A DNA stretch of 63,042 nucleotides, filler included, from Choristocarpus tenellus KU-1152 (taxonomy: Eukaryota > Protista > Phaeophyceae), in the NCBI GenBank assembly GCA_964200185.2. It is 7 parts of 7 records of this genome, joined end to end, with 100 filler letters (N's around TTAATTAATTAA, not from the genome) between each part and the next. Parts side by side here need not be neighbours in the genome. Positions count along the whole stretch, not along the records: positions 13,936 to 18,422 come from CAXNAD020014331.1; positions 18,523 to 28,622 come from CAXNAD020003155.1; 5 more parts are not named here. One strand, given 5' to 3'. The position numbers and the translations under genes were made by a program. Positions 13,936 through 26,539 of this stretch are shown here, piece after piece; position 1 is the first letter of the stretch; every line of letters starts with the position of its first letter. Under the pieces are notes generated by a model. The model did not search any database. It was not told the DNA's origin and saw only the letters and a list, made by a program, of their open reading frames with translations.

Positions 13936-14588
13936 CCCCCGCGGAAATTTCTCCAGAATCCGCCGGGAAGGGGGGGGCCCTTTCCCCCCCGGGTCAGGGG
14001 AAGGGGGGGGGGGGGGGGGGGCAGGGTGGCAAGGGGTAGGGGGGAAGGGGTCTACCCGCTGGAGCTTGTTGTGTCTCTTCTCCTTGCCTTCATGTACATC
14101 ACTTTCAAAAGGAGGTCGGAAAATGCTCTGGAGTAGAACAGAGCAACACCACAACTACTGCTGCTAGGCAGCCATGGGATTATTTCCTCCGGAGAAAATG
14201 GGTTCTCGAACAAGGTCTTGTTATGATTTCATTGTGATATGTTTCCTTGCGACATATGAGATCTAATTTTAACAATTTCGACACGCAGGTTCTGTGTCTT
14301 GGTGAAAAGGGGGAAAGAGGGGGGTGAGGTCCACAAAGAATATTGCTGGGGCAGCATACATGCAGTGTAGTGCTTGACTGTATCAGTTTATGATTGAGAA
14401 ACAGCACATATGATTGACCAATTGCACCTCTCGGGTAAGGATAGTTAAGACTCAAGAAGGAAACCAGTGGGCTATTCCAAGAAGAATGAAACCCTTGCAA
14501 ACAGCAGCAGGGCATAACAACCACAAAAAGGTCTCTAATATTAATACAACAAAAACGTTCTTCACTTTTGGTCAAAACTCCTCTCCCA

Positions 14589-14620
14589 CCTCCTCCTCCT
14601 CCTCCTCCTCCTCCTCCTCC
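14589..14620. repeat. (CCT)n microsatellite
   Basis: Seen directly. Confidence 0.85.
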
Positions 14621-14793
14621 TAACTGGACAAGGGCTACTCACTGCACAGAGATTAGCCACCCCAAAATATCAAAACAAGATGATCTATTTGCCTGACTCA
14701 AAACGCATACTAGTAAACACTTGACAGCTTTGCACTAATGGTGCTAAGATGACAAAGGGGGCGGGAGGAGGAATTGATCAAGTCGTGACTCAC

Positions 14794-17468
14794 CCCAGCC
14801 CCATCTCCGATGAAGAAGCCAGCACGGGAGCCATCAGGCAAAAATGTTGAGTGTACTTGGGAGGCGTAGGCAACAGACTCAAGCTGAAGAGATGACAGCT
14901 TGCCGGACCGAACCACCTCATACGGTCCCTTCAAGTCCTGCTCTCAGTAGTCAGGGGTGGGTGATGTTGCAGCAGCTATTGAGTATTGTCGCTATCATAG
15001 GAGGGCCGTGGGAAACCCGGTCCTCTGGGTGCAGCCTCAGGTGGGTACAAACAAAGTCTAAGATAAGGATTAGGGTGGTCTAGGAGTACAACGTGCCTGG
15101 GGTTTGTGGCAACAGACAGATTCTACATGCCTTCAGAACAATCTAAGGTCAACCTGTCTGGGAACACAAATGCCAGCAGTCCCTGTTGCTCAAAGAGGGT
15201 CCAGCCATCATTCTCACCCATGTTGAAGATCAATAATATCAAGGGTGGGGGAGAAACAAAATGAAGTCCAAGCAGCACAGCTCACACAATCTGCCTTCTC
15301 GACACTCTACCCCCTGTGACGCTAAACTGGATTCAGAACAATTCTATTATCCACCCCCTTGTTGGCCCATCCTCCTTCCCCACACCAAACATGATTATTA
15401 TTCACAAGACACACTATCCAACTATTGCATCCTCTCCTAATTGTCCTTTTTCACGACCCGATATACTGCAACAGTGAACCCTAATTCCCTACTGATTATT
15501 CAGTGAACTTTCTCCTCACCCACAAAATCTACCAGTCCCACAACCCAGTCTCCCCCTGCGCCTCAGAAAAACCACCACAAGACAGAGTACACATACCCCA
15601 CCACCAGACCAAGCTACAAACTGCAACACAGAAGGCCTTTTCATTGCCCCCCACATTCTTTTCACCTCTTGATCTCTTCCCACTCCCCTATCTTCCTTCA
15701 CTCACCTGGAGTTGGAGCCGGTACCACAGCTCTGGGGGATCTACAGCAGCCATGGAGTTGTTCTCCACAATCGGATCAGGGTGGAGCACACCCAGCTTAA
15801 GCTTTCGCGGGACGTAACCAGTGTAAGAAACATCATCATCAACAGCATCATCAAAGCCCTCTTCATCCTCTGGCTGCTGTTCAGCACCTCCTCCAACCTC
15901 TACCCCAGCAGCGACCCCACCAACACCTGGCTGTTGCCAAGGTCCAACCATACCCTGCCCTGCCCCCACAGCTGAACCAGGGACACCATAACCCGTCTCC
16001 ACACCCACACCCATCGTAGATTGAGCCTGCTGATGCTGTTGTTGCAGGTACCTCGCCACCTGGTTCTGCTGTTGTGCTGCTGCCATCATGTGCTGGTATT
16101 GCTGCTCCATTTATCCGTGTGAAGGAAAGGAGGAGGGAGGAAAGCATGATGATGGGGATTAGGTAGGTTGGGGATTGTGCTCAGGGGTCAGTTATCACGA
16201 TTGTTTATGCCTTCATTTCCTCTTTCCAATGTTTTGTTAGAATCAGCATCCTATCCTGCCTTCTTATTTTCTCTCTCCCAGGTCTGCGACTAAAATTCAT
16301 AACTGCTCAAGAGGTAGGTCCATCATGTGTACACAGATATAGCTGATTGTTAGCATGTTCATGGACTAGAGAGCACAAGCACAAAAGGTATCAAGATGGG
16401 GGACATCAAGGAAGATATATAACCCACCTGCAGAAAAGTACAACAATATTAGTGACCTAATGTATCTTCATGGCGATCCAAGTATTGTTTCACTCTAGTA
16501 GGACAAAAAAGATCAACACCTGAAGCCACATAGTAGTGGATAAACCATGCCCCCCAAAGATCCAAGGTTAGTATGACAGATAACACAACACTCCTCCCCC
16601 AAATAAAAAATGTGCTGGCCTTGTACGATGCAAGGTCTCTGCACCTGGCTCCCATATTGGGGTGCAGTTCCTGCTGTGAATGAATGAGGTTGCTGCCCTC
16701 CCACTACCAGGTTGTTGTAGGTCTGCTGCTGGGTACTCGTACCGGCTGAGAACTGTTCCTGAGCAGCATTTGCCTGAACCTGAGCCCCCCATACCCGAGA
16801 ATCAGCCAGAAGTGGGGTCTGGGCGCGGCGGGCTTGAGCAATAAAGCGTTCCTTGAGTGTGGTTGCCAGTCATCCACATTGGGGAAGGAGAAGAAGGGTT
16901 AGACAAGCAATGTGCTTCTGGGGGAGGAGAGAGTCGCAACCCTTGAATTCAGCATAATTCTGGTTCCTTTCGGCAAAAGAGAGAAATATCATTCACACCA
17001 TATAGTTGGTGAGGAACAAGCACTACTCTCCCAAATTTCCTACCGAACAAGGGTTGACTCTCAAGGGGAGTGGTGCATGACTGACAGTGGTGAAAACATT
17101 TCTGTAGATCATATATATACATAGTAAGTGCTACTCAGTACCAAGGGGAAGCCTTCATCGGTACTGTGTCTATGTGCTAAGGTAATAGTGATAACATTGG
17201 TTGAACGAAGTAACTGTAGAGCTTCTCAACGTCAACATTCAACCTAGAGGAGGTCGAAGTACGAGTGAACCATTACATGTCAAAGAACACTGCAAGGGGG
17301 GTAAAACGCGAGTACGGATTATTGCTATAGGATTTTCACCTGCAGCTCTTGTGCCTCCAGTTGGCGAATCAGCTGAAAGGCCCCTGCCGGGGAGCCCAGG
17401 GAGTACTGCCTGTAGGCTTCATTACTGTAGTGGAGGAGTCCATGCTTGAGATAGCGAGCATGACGAGC
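14794..17468 (-). CDS. SBNO: Strawberry notch family protein (SBNO/FORGETTER1-like), N-terminal exons; 3' part absent from this contig
   Basis: Exons 17340-17468, 16645-16851, 15706-~16105 and 14794-14937 join in phase 0; diagnostic motifs [28 protein letters not shown] and [16 protein letters not shown]...[11 protein letters not shown]; a possible first exon at 17862-17991 is unconfirmed. Confidence 0.9.
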
Positions 17469-18361
17469 CTAGCTCATAGGTAGCGAAGGGTCAAGACAAA
17501 AATTAGACGGTTAGGCTCTACTGCACTTATCTGATGCCGGTTGGGAGAGGAAGAAGAGCACACTGAGATCAGTCTGTGAGATGGGTGCTCGAAGGGGAGT
17601 GCACGACCTTATTGATATCAAGTTAAGGAAGGTAACAGACGAGCGAATAGCCAAGGAGCTCAGCAGCGGCTCCTCTGATCAGTCCACCCGCATACGTTAT
17701 CTATTGTTACACAGGGAACAGTAAGCCATTGTCCTCCTCTCCCTTTGCTACAAAGGTGGTATCAGTCAGCTCTTGTGTCGATCCTGACGCATTTGTGGAA
17801 GCACAGCATAAAATGGAAATCACTGAAGCAAAACGAAATCTGCTCGTGAGACCAACATGTACTTGACGACCCACGTAGAAACAGTTTCCCATCATCTGGT
17901 GCAAATTGTGAAACAAAACAAGACTCCGATGGGCGAAGAGGACCTTGAGGGACGGACTGGCGCCTTGTAGAAGACGGTCCATAGTGTCCATCGTTCACCG
18001 AGACTGCGACAAGATCTTGATAATATGTGGAGAGCTCGACACCTATTCAGTCTCAGCCCTATGTCAGGAAACTCAGTTCCCCACCATCCTAACTCAAGGC
18101 GCCACAACACAAACCCAACCTCACAATCTCCAACCCACCAACCTAACCCAAGTAGTATGGAGTGTTTTTTGAAATTCAGATATTTAGGGCACAATTTCAT
18201 ACGACACCGTAGCAAATGTGTTGTACATCACTTCATTTATCCCCATATATGCAGTATTGTGAACCATTAACGAACGTTAGAAAAATCGGGTAGGAATATC
18301 TATCATCTCTATCGTTATCATGGTCACATAATTGGAGGCACATCTAATGTAAAAATGTTTA

Positions 18362-18422
18362 TGTGGAAAGCATGTTTGTCTGTTATTATACCGTATTGCT
18401 CGTATGCCATATACCGTTATAC
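18362..18422 (+). repeat. Start of an interspersed repeat, possibly an LTR 5' end, at contig break
   Basis: TGTGGAAAGCATGTTTG.CTGTTATTATACCG... shared with 52546-52610; similarity starts sharply at TG in both copies. Confidence 0.6.
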
Positions 18423-18522
18423 NNNNNNNNNNNNNNNNNNNNNNNNNNNNNNNNNNNNNNNNNNNNTTAATTAATTAANNNNNNNNNNNNNNNNNNNNNN
18501 NNNNNNNNNNNNNNNNNNNNNN
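18423..18522. other. Artificial contig-joining spacer
   Basis: Same N44-TTAATTAATTAA-N44 linker. Confidence 0.98.
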
Positions 18523-21145
18523 TCTCGAACACCACCATGGAGCGTGATGAAGTTGAGAGGGAAGTACAGGACGGTAACCCTGGCGAGCGCAAGTCGAAAT
18601 ATTGGGACACAGTGGAAGCTTTCGTTCTTGCAGGAAAGCAAGAACGGGCTGCAACAATGCTGAGGAGGCACACCCTCGGTGGCCCCGGAGGCGAGGCATG
18701 GGCTTTGGCGCGTCAATTGGAGACTATGCCGCTTGTGCCCTTTGCAAACAGTTTGCACGCTGATGCTGCGCGCTTCCGACAGGATTGGGCGCGGTGGCGA
18801 AGGGGCTGTAAGGAGTCATCTCATAAAAGTGGAGATCAGCGTTTGCAGATGCTCTGGATGGCGCTGTGTGGCAATCAGCATGCCCTCGAGTCCCTCACAC
18901 ACACATGGTACGACCTCCTTATCGCCAACCTTTTGTTCAGCTGCCCTGGCCTCGAGACGGAAGACCTGCCGATTTTACTAGACGCTTGTGTTAAGCGAAA
19001 TCCACCCCATAGCAGTGAGAATTTTTTGATAGAGGTGAGACTCACTGTGATCTGCACCAAATGCTAATGCTGTGTCAATTTGACAACAACGAAAGAAGTT
19101 TCTTTTTTACTATCTTGACAATATGCCTCTCAGATCTACAGAGGCCAGGAAAGCAACTTGGAATTTCGACCCAGAGTTGCTGACCACATGATATAACGTG
19201 TGGACACATTATTTTTGTAATCATATCATAGTCGCCCCCTCCCTCAAACAGCTTCCATTAAACGCCAGTCAGCAAGTGTCAATCCAACATGTATCCATAT
19301 TGTCATCTTCTGTGCATTTTCTTTCTTCCTCCTTTGCCTCTCATTCATATGCCCCTGTCTTCTTACTAACAGACCTCCGGACGTTGTTGTTTTCACCCCC
19401 TTTTGCCCAGTAGATACTGAAGGAAGTCTCAATGGAGCGTGCATCCACTGTCCTTCGCTTTTGTCAAGAACAAGGCAGTACACTCGCCCTATCCTCCTGT
19501 GCTGCGCACCTTACTGATTTGCTCATTGAGGCTCGGGTAGCTGATGTACCGGCCTCTGCCCGGGGGTGGATGTTTACTCGCCTGGCAGAACGACTGGAGA
19601 CCATGCCATGTGGATGGGAGGTGGCGGCTTCGTACCTAAGCAAGGAGGCCTTGGGTGGGGCAAGTGGGAACGCATCAGGGGAGGGAGGGGAGGAAGGTGC
19701 GGAGCTGTTGAAGTTGCTTGCAGGGAGGGCTGGGCCTGGTTCTGAGCGCTCGACGCATGAGTTTGTATTCTGGTGCCAGACAAATGGGTTGAAAGAGGAG
19801 GCGATTGCAGCCTGCCGTGAGCGTGGAGTTGCTTTCCTTGGGGGTGGATTAGGGGGGGAAGGCGGATCAGCTGGTCGGGCCGCATACTGGCTGGGACGTG
19901 CGGGGGATTTGCTGCGTCTGGAGCGTCTCTGTGCTGACGTGTCAGAGCGACTTGTGAGGTTGTCGGGGCTGGAAGAGCAGTGTACAGACATTGGCTACGG
20001 TTCCCTGGGCACATCAGAAATGCAAGATCGAGGAAGGGATGAAAGGGTGAGAGGACAAAGGGATAGGGTCATGCATTGGTTTTGGTGGCATTGCATGCAA
20101 CTTATAGTGGATACCCTGCTTGTTCATTTTGTTAGTCCACAAAGGGCTTTGACACTATCATAACTGTGGGCAGGAGGGACAATTTGTCGTGCCTTTTGTG
20201 TGTGTGTTAAGAACCCCCTTGTATTGTGTTTGACGAGGAGATCAGTGTTCATACTGTGGCAATTGCTTGCTGCATTTGCATCTTCAATATACACTTGTAA
20301 TACAACGTACAGAGTGGTACAAGTATGAACCTCCACTCCACCTCGACCATCACTCTCCCCTGTGTCTATTTTCCCTGTTGTTGTCATAACAGAAACTCAG
20401 GATGGCGAAAGAAGATGCAGAAGGTGTCCTAGAAGCCATCCCGCCACACCTGGAAGGCGAAGAGCTGGTTTTCCTTCGGGGTTACAACAGGATTGTGATT
20501 GCTGTTGAGGAAGCAAGGTTGGCAATGATGACTTACCAGGTCAAGAGCATCAACTCTGCCAGAGGACATGACGGCGAGGAAATAATAGAGGACAGTGAGG
20601 TAACGGCTGCTGCTTCCTCTGCAAGAGTGATGAGGGCGAGGGCAGCGATGCTTGTGGTGGCAATGCTTGTGGGGGATGCCTTTGTGCCCCCGTCGAGAAC
20701 GTGGCCACATCTTTTCCGAATCGCCCTACCGCTGCTTGCATCTGATCTCCCCCTGAGCATAGATGTTTCCCAGACTTCAGCACTCCTGGAGCGTCTGCAG
20801 GCGCTTGCGGAGAGCAATCGTAGAGTTGGATGGTTTATGGGTGAGGCTGGTGGGGATGATGACCTTTCGCTGCGTCTCTCTAGCGTTCGTGTGGCAGAAT
20901 TGCGGTTGGCCCTGGCAAAACGCCTGGCCTTTGCACTGATGGATGAGAATGCCAAAGCGGCACCGGACTGGGGTGTGGGTTTAGGTGCAATGTCAGGGTT
21001 GGGGGAGGGAGGGGAAGCAGGGACTGCCGTAAGGGGGAGAGGTTCGAAGACAGTGCCTGGAGGTAAGATTTTGTCGGCACTGTGGCCGGCGGAGGCATTG
21101 ATGGGGCCACGTGTAATCCCAGATGCCAGATCCATCGGCCGGTAG
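18523..21145 (+). CDS. NUP85: Nuclear pore complex protein Nup85, 5' truncated
   Basis: Exons <18523-19034, 19414-20046 and 20393-21145 join in phase 0 with GT-AG introns; motifs YWDTVEAFVLAG...AATMLRRH, WYDLLIANLLFSCP, AAHLTDLL and WEVAASYL fit the Nup85 family. Confidence 0.8.
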
Positions 21146-22639
21146 GATCTTGGGGCACCATGAGACAGACGATTAGTAAGAGAGGAATATAGAGTGGTAC
21201 TACTATAGTGCTTGGCTATTGCTATGTGGCGTACGCCTGCTTGAGGTGTGGTAATTGTGAGATGGTACATCTACAGGAACAAAGAGTTGTGATTCTGTTT
21301 AATCGACCACATTTGTGCAAGGTTCGAAACAAAGGAGTAATGGGCGAATGCAATGAACAAACGCCCCAATTCATATGTGTGCCTGTGTGTTGGTCTGTGT
21401 GAGCAAGCATTCTTACACGTAGTTGGGCAATATAGTATGCTCAATTCTATTGCAAGTTGTAACAATGCATCACCAAATACCACCAAGCTACCACTACTTC
21501 CGTCAGTAATGATCACTGGAGGGGACACACCCATGATACATGTATGTATGTAATCCAGCATGCACGTGCATAGGGTGCAGGGACTATCAGATACTTCAAA
21601 AGATGTAGCATTGCAAAATGGACTGCTTGTATAGAATTTGTGGCAGCAGGTGAACATACTAAAGATGAGACTGCGGAATTGCAGGTGAAATATTTAAGAT
21701 ATCCTTACTACTCCAGTAGTTAGTACATGGTGAGATCTAGAAGGTATTCCAGAAGTTCAAAACACTTATCGCCATAACAGAACCATTAATTTTGAACAGT
21801 GTGATTTAGGGAGCTGTGATTGATGTGTGTGTCATTGATCGTTGCTTTATAATGTGATGCGACAACCAATTACTACAACATGATCATTGGTGAAAAACGA
21901 CCTCCCATGCACAAGCCTACTGTAGAAGTATGGCAATGCATATTATAATAATATGTATCACAAGAGTGTCGATAGCAGCCAATAAAACTTCGAGCATCGT
22001 AGTTGCTTAATGCCCTTTGCACAGCTTTTTTGATTAACTAGACACACCATAGAAGCGCCTAACCCTTAAGCTGGAAACACCTTCCTGTTGAGTCTGATGC
22101 ATAAAAAAAACTCATGAAAATAGATGGGGAGAGGGAAATAAACAAATTAGATGAGAACATGAAGTAGATTCCACTAAACGACTGGAACACCCTGGAGGAT
22201 CTTTAGCTAGTGGTTACTGGGTGCCGCTCCTTGTATTACTTTCAAGGGTTCGGATCCCATTGACGCCAATCTTAAAAAATAAAAGTGTAACTGATTTCCA
22301 TATTTCAAAGTTCACATGGAAAGGATTAGTAACAATTAAGGGTTGTGTACGCACCAACGTATCTGTAATATAGTAGAGCTCTATTGACCATATAAAATGT
22401 CGAACCAAGAACGACGTGGCAAAGCCTCATTCACGCATTGTCGAGTGTTACAGAAGAGGTACAGAGGCGGATTGAGAAAAGTGATTCGAGGGAGGAAGGG
22501 GACTGCGAGGGATTATATGACTGAATCCAACGTACGCGAAGAAAGGATCTTTCAATTGCAGCAGTGGTAGTAGTACAGTAGGTTATAATTGTAATAATTA
22601 ATAGTGTGTTCTTGCTCCTGTCCTCTTCAACATTTTTTT

Positions 22640-23750
22640 TACGGCAGTGCTAAGTGTGGCAGTTAAGGAGTTCATCTCTGACCCCTCCATCTCCAAGGAA
22701 CTTGTTGTCACCAAGAGAGCGACCACAAACTACCTGATCAGAGGAGGAAGAGCACCAAGGAGTGGGGGACTGCACTTGAGTGGCTTTTGCAGAGTATGCT
22801 TTTTGCTGATGATGCAGGCATTGTTTCCAAGGCCCAAGGAGGTTTGGGCAGGATAATGATAGTGCTTGTGAAGGAGGTCAGATCATTTGGTCCGACTGTA
22901 TTGGCATTGGAGTGTCTTCGCCTTCCTGATCAGGATGCCAAAACCACGCAGATTCAGGCACTGGACCAGAGCCACAAGCAGATCGACGAACTTGTTGACC
23001 TTGGGAGAACAATCAATGATGATATCGTTATTGTTACTCCTGAGATCAACCACAGAGTTCAGAAACCTTAAGTGTAATAGAAAATACAGCCAACTTCTTC
23101 ATGACAGAATTACAGGTGTCTCACTTGAGCTTAAGACTCGAATACTCAATAGCTAAGTATTTAAGTTCTGTTGTTTTGTTGTATGACGTGGACACCATAC
23201 CAATATCATTTTCTGAACCTCTGCTCACATCATCACAATTTCCTCCTTCACTGCATAGGTTTCCGCAAATGGGAACGTACCGATCATGTCGTATTCTACA
23301 AAGATGCCCCTATGAAGACTGAGTGTGACAGTATCGAGTCAACGCCGTTAAAGCAGAGGCTCCTATTTGCTGGGTCAGTTACTCGCATAGTAGATATGAG
23401 GGTATTCCCTTGATATTGATTGATGTTTGGGGAGCTTGCAAATGGAAATGGAAGCAAGGTAGACAGGAGAAGAACTGCCGGACATGCCTCCAATTGACCC
23501 TTGACAAAATTGGGATTATAGATGAGAGTTGGAGCACGCGATTAGCTAGCCAACAGAAGTGGTTAATGGTGTGTGTTTGCTGATGAACAATGAGGGTCAT
23601 GGACGAATGGCATTTCAAGGAACTGTGATAGCTATGGTGTACGTCACACCAAAGCAACAGTTGAGGGCACTCAAGCTACTACCACCACCACCACCATCAC
23701 TGTCTGCTGGATGTTGTCTTCTCTGTGGGCTTGTTCTCCTGCATCTTTCA
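22640..23750 (+). mobile_element. Degenerate non-LTR retrotransposon (RTE-like LINE), 3' part
   Basis: RT motif MLFADDAGIVS, then EINHRVQK, LKTRIL and HHNFLLHCIGFRK...KTECDSIES...RLLFAGSVTRIVDMRVFP; several frameshifts; pyrimidine-rich tail. Confidence 0.8.
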
Positions 23751-24920
23751 TTCATTTCTTTCTTCTCCCCTTACGTTTTGTGATTGTGTTTTTCTCCTTC
23801 TGGTTCTATTCTTCCTCTTATTTTTTATTATTTTTCTTCCAGCAGTTTGTTGCTCTTTTATTGTCGTTGTTTGCTTTCTCGACCAGTGTGTATTCCCTTC
23901 TTTGGTTTGGGATATGTCGCATTTATTTATATGAATAGTAATTCATACTCAGAACTATCTCCTTTCATCACCACTTTGACGACTACTTCCACACGATTTT
24001 CGTATGATCCTAAAGTCTCAAACCAAAGTCAAGAAAAAAAAGTACAATATTTTGTTGTGGTACGTAATACTACGTAGTGCTTACGTAATAGTAGAACAAG
24101 AGGAAGTATACTAACCTCTATTTTTGTAGAATATATAGTGGGGAGTATTGATATAGATATTGATACATCTCCTCACTACTTGTAAAACAAAAAAAGAAAT
24201 AAATATATAATCAAGGCGGGGTGAAGTTGTGAAGATGCCGCCTCGCGCAGCGCGCGTTGACATGAACATCATGCACTTGCGTATAGGCGCGATTCCTCAA
24301 GATAGTGTAGTCAGTCAGTAGGTTGCACTCTTCATCCTGCATTGTACAGGGACGGAGCACTCCATCTTGACACAACCAAAGTCCCTGGATATCTCCACAA
24401 CACTTCAACATATCGTATTGTGAACGGGGGGGGGGGGGTAGAGCAACACTACCGCGTCCTGGTAGTTGGAGACATCGCCGCGAAGCAGGTACGAGGTTTT
24501 GGGGTAGTGCGTTGATATATATTCACACAACTGCTCGCTCGGGGATAGATGCCCATTTCACAAAGCCGAGAGTGTATCACTTAAGGAATGAGAGTTGTTG
24601 GTTGGTGACATCGATGAAAATAGAGGGGTATTGGGGGTGCCTCAAGCAATTGGTCGCTATTGGCGTTGCATACGTATCTCTCTTTTTGGAAGAGAGGTGT
24701 TGGAATAAGACAACTTCTTCCCAGGACGTGCAGTGAAAGGTAGCTCAGGAAGTGACCCTCGAAGTAATATGACTATGCCCCTACTGTTTGCACCAAATTC
24801 TCTGTATATCAGACCATTCCGTTCCACCATGTGCTTCTTGTCTTAGCCTTCACCTCTACATCCTCTGTCCTACTCTACTTTTCACACAGGAGGCAATTTG
24901 TGTCGAATCTCGTCATAATC

Positions 24921-25795
24921 ATGCTGCGGATGCTATACATTGGCGGGTCGGGCGCCTCTCGACGTCCGCTTCCCGGCAGGATGGTGCTGGCCTCTCGTGG
25001 GATGAGCGCCAGGGTGGTGGAATCCAAAGATGTCGAGGCGGTCCTCCCCAAGCGTAAGCCACGCCAGCTCCCCTCGAAGCGCACAGGTCTCTATGACCCT
25101 GCTCTGGAGAAGGACTCATGTGGGGTGGGGCTAGCTGTACAGATGAAGAGTATCGCCTCGCGACGGATTGTTATAGACGCGAACGAGATGCTTGTTCGTA
25201 TGACTCATCGGGGAGCATGTGGATGCGAGGAGAACACGGGCGACGGCGCAGGTATCCTTGTGGCCGTTCCTGACGGCTTCCTGCGCCAAGCAGCGATGGA
25301 GGCCGGCATTGGTGCCCTTCCAGCAGAGGGAGAGTACGCTGTGGGCAACATCTTCGTCCCCAAGTTTGAGAATGCAGTCCCAGAGGCCAAGGCCATTGTC
25401 GAGCGCGTGTGCCGACAAAGGGGCATGAAGGTTCTTGGATGGCGGGACGTTCCGTTCGACAACTCCATGATTGGAGATACGGCAAAGGGCACAGAACCCC
25501 ACATTGTTCAGGTGTTCGTCGAGAACTCGGGCGGTATCTCCAACTGGGATTTTGAGCGGGAACTCTATCGTGTACGGAAGGCGGCGACGGCCGAGGCGGA
25601 CGGTGTCCCCGTCCTGACAGTAAGCGACACCCAATCCTTTTACATATGCTCCCTGAGCTCCCGTACTATTACGTACAAGGGTCAGCTATCACCAGAGCAG
25701 GTCATGCCATATTTCCTGGACCTGCAGCACCCCGAGTTCAAGTCACATGTGGCGTTGGTACACTCGCGATTCTCCACCAACACCTTCCCCTCATG
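24921..25795 (+). CDS. GLT1: Glutamate synthase (GOGAT) large-subunit amidotransferase domain, first coding exon only, with a mitochondrial-type presequence
   Basis: GLYDPALEKDSCGVG (Ntn Cys), MTHRGACGCEENTGDGAGI, YICSLSSRTITYKGQL and HSRFSTNTFPSW, ending at TG|GTGAG; no later GOGAT exon found in the contig. NADH-type assignment is inferred from the targeting peptide. Confidence 0.93.
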
Positions 25796-26539
25796 GTGAG
25801 AGAAATGGAAGGGGGAGATCAGAGTAAGGGCTAGGGGGAAGGGAGTTATGGAGGATTGAACGTAATTTTATTTCAGACGAGCGACAAAATTAGTTGTATA
25901 AGATCGCAATAAGAGATTCCTTCTGTTCCTGTGCTCAAAAAATAATGTCCTGGAAAGGGGATAGGCATCTTAGATTCCTTAGAAACAGTATTGACTTTTC
26001 CTCTGTTCAGCAGCAGTTCAACCAGGTAAGGAGGGTCTTTCTTTTGGAGGCCATTACTAGGGTCTAGCCAATATGGATCAACCAAATCGGAGGGGTGAAA
26101 TTCATACATAAACGCCAAACAAAAAGACTATTTTTGGAGCACACATGGTTGATCAAGAGAATTTTTACTCAGCTTTTCCTCTAGAGTCAGAGATACCAAA
26201 CATGTAAAAATATATTTTTATTTATTCCTGTCACATATACTTCGTCTTGACTCTTTATACTGCTCAATAAATCGTGTGAATCTAAAACCTACCTCCCCAT
26301 GGTAGACACGATCATCAGTTGGCTCATGTCGCCAACTACATGTATGATGTACATGTTCAAAAAAAGTCTCTTACAATAAAAGACCCTCCCTCTGTGCATG
26401 TCAAAAAGGAAACTGTTTCAACTGACTTTAAACAGAGGAAAGCACAAGCGAAAGGGTTCAGGTAAGACAACCATTACTACAACACCCGCAGTTCCCCCCA
26501 CCCCCTCCCTCCTTCCCTCAACATCCAACCACCACCCAC

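Noticed and set aside
13936-14060. G-quadruplex-like G-rich tract (also 27570-27750 and 28545-28600)
   Set aside because: These sit at contig or gap edges where homopolymer sequence is unreliable
19464-21270. Long minus-strand ORFs (175, 146 and 245 aa)
   Set aside because: Antisense shadows of GC-rich Nup85 exons
25131-25634. 167-aa minus-strand ORF
   Set aside because: Antisense shadow of GOGAT exon 1
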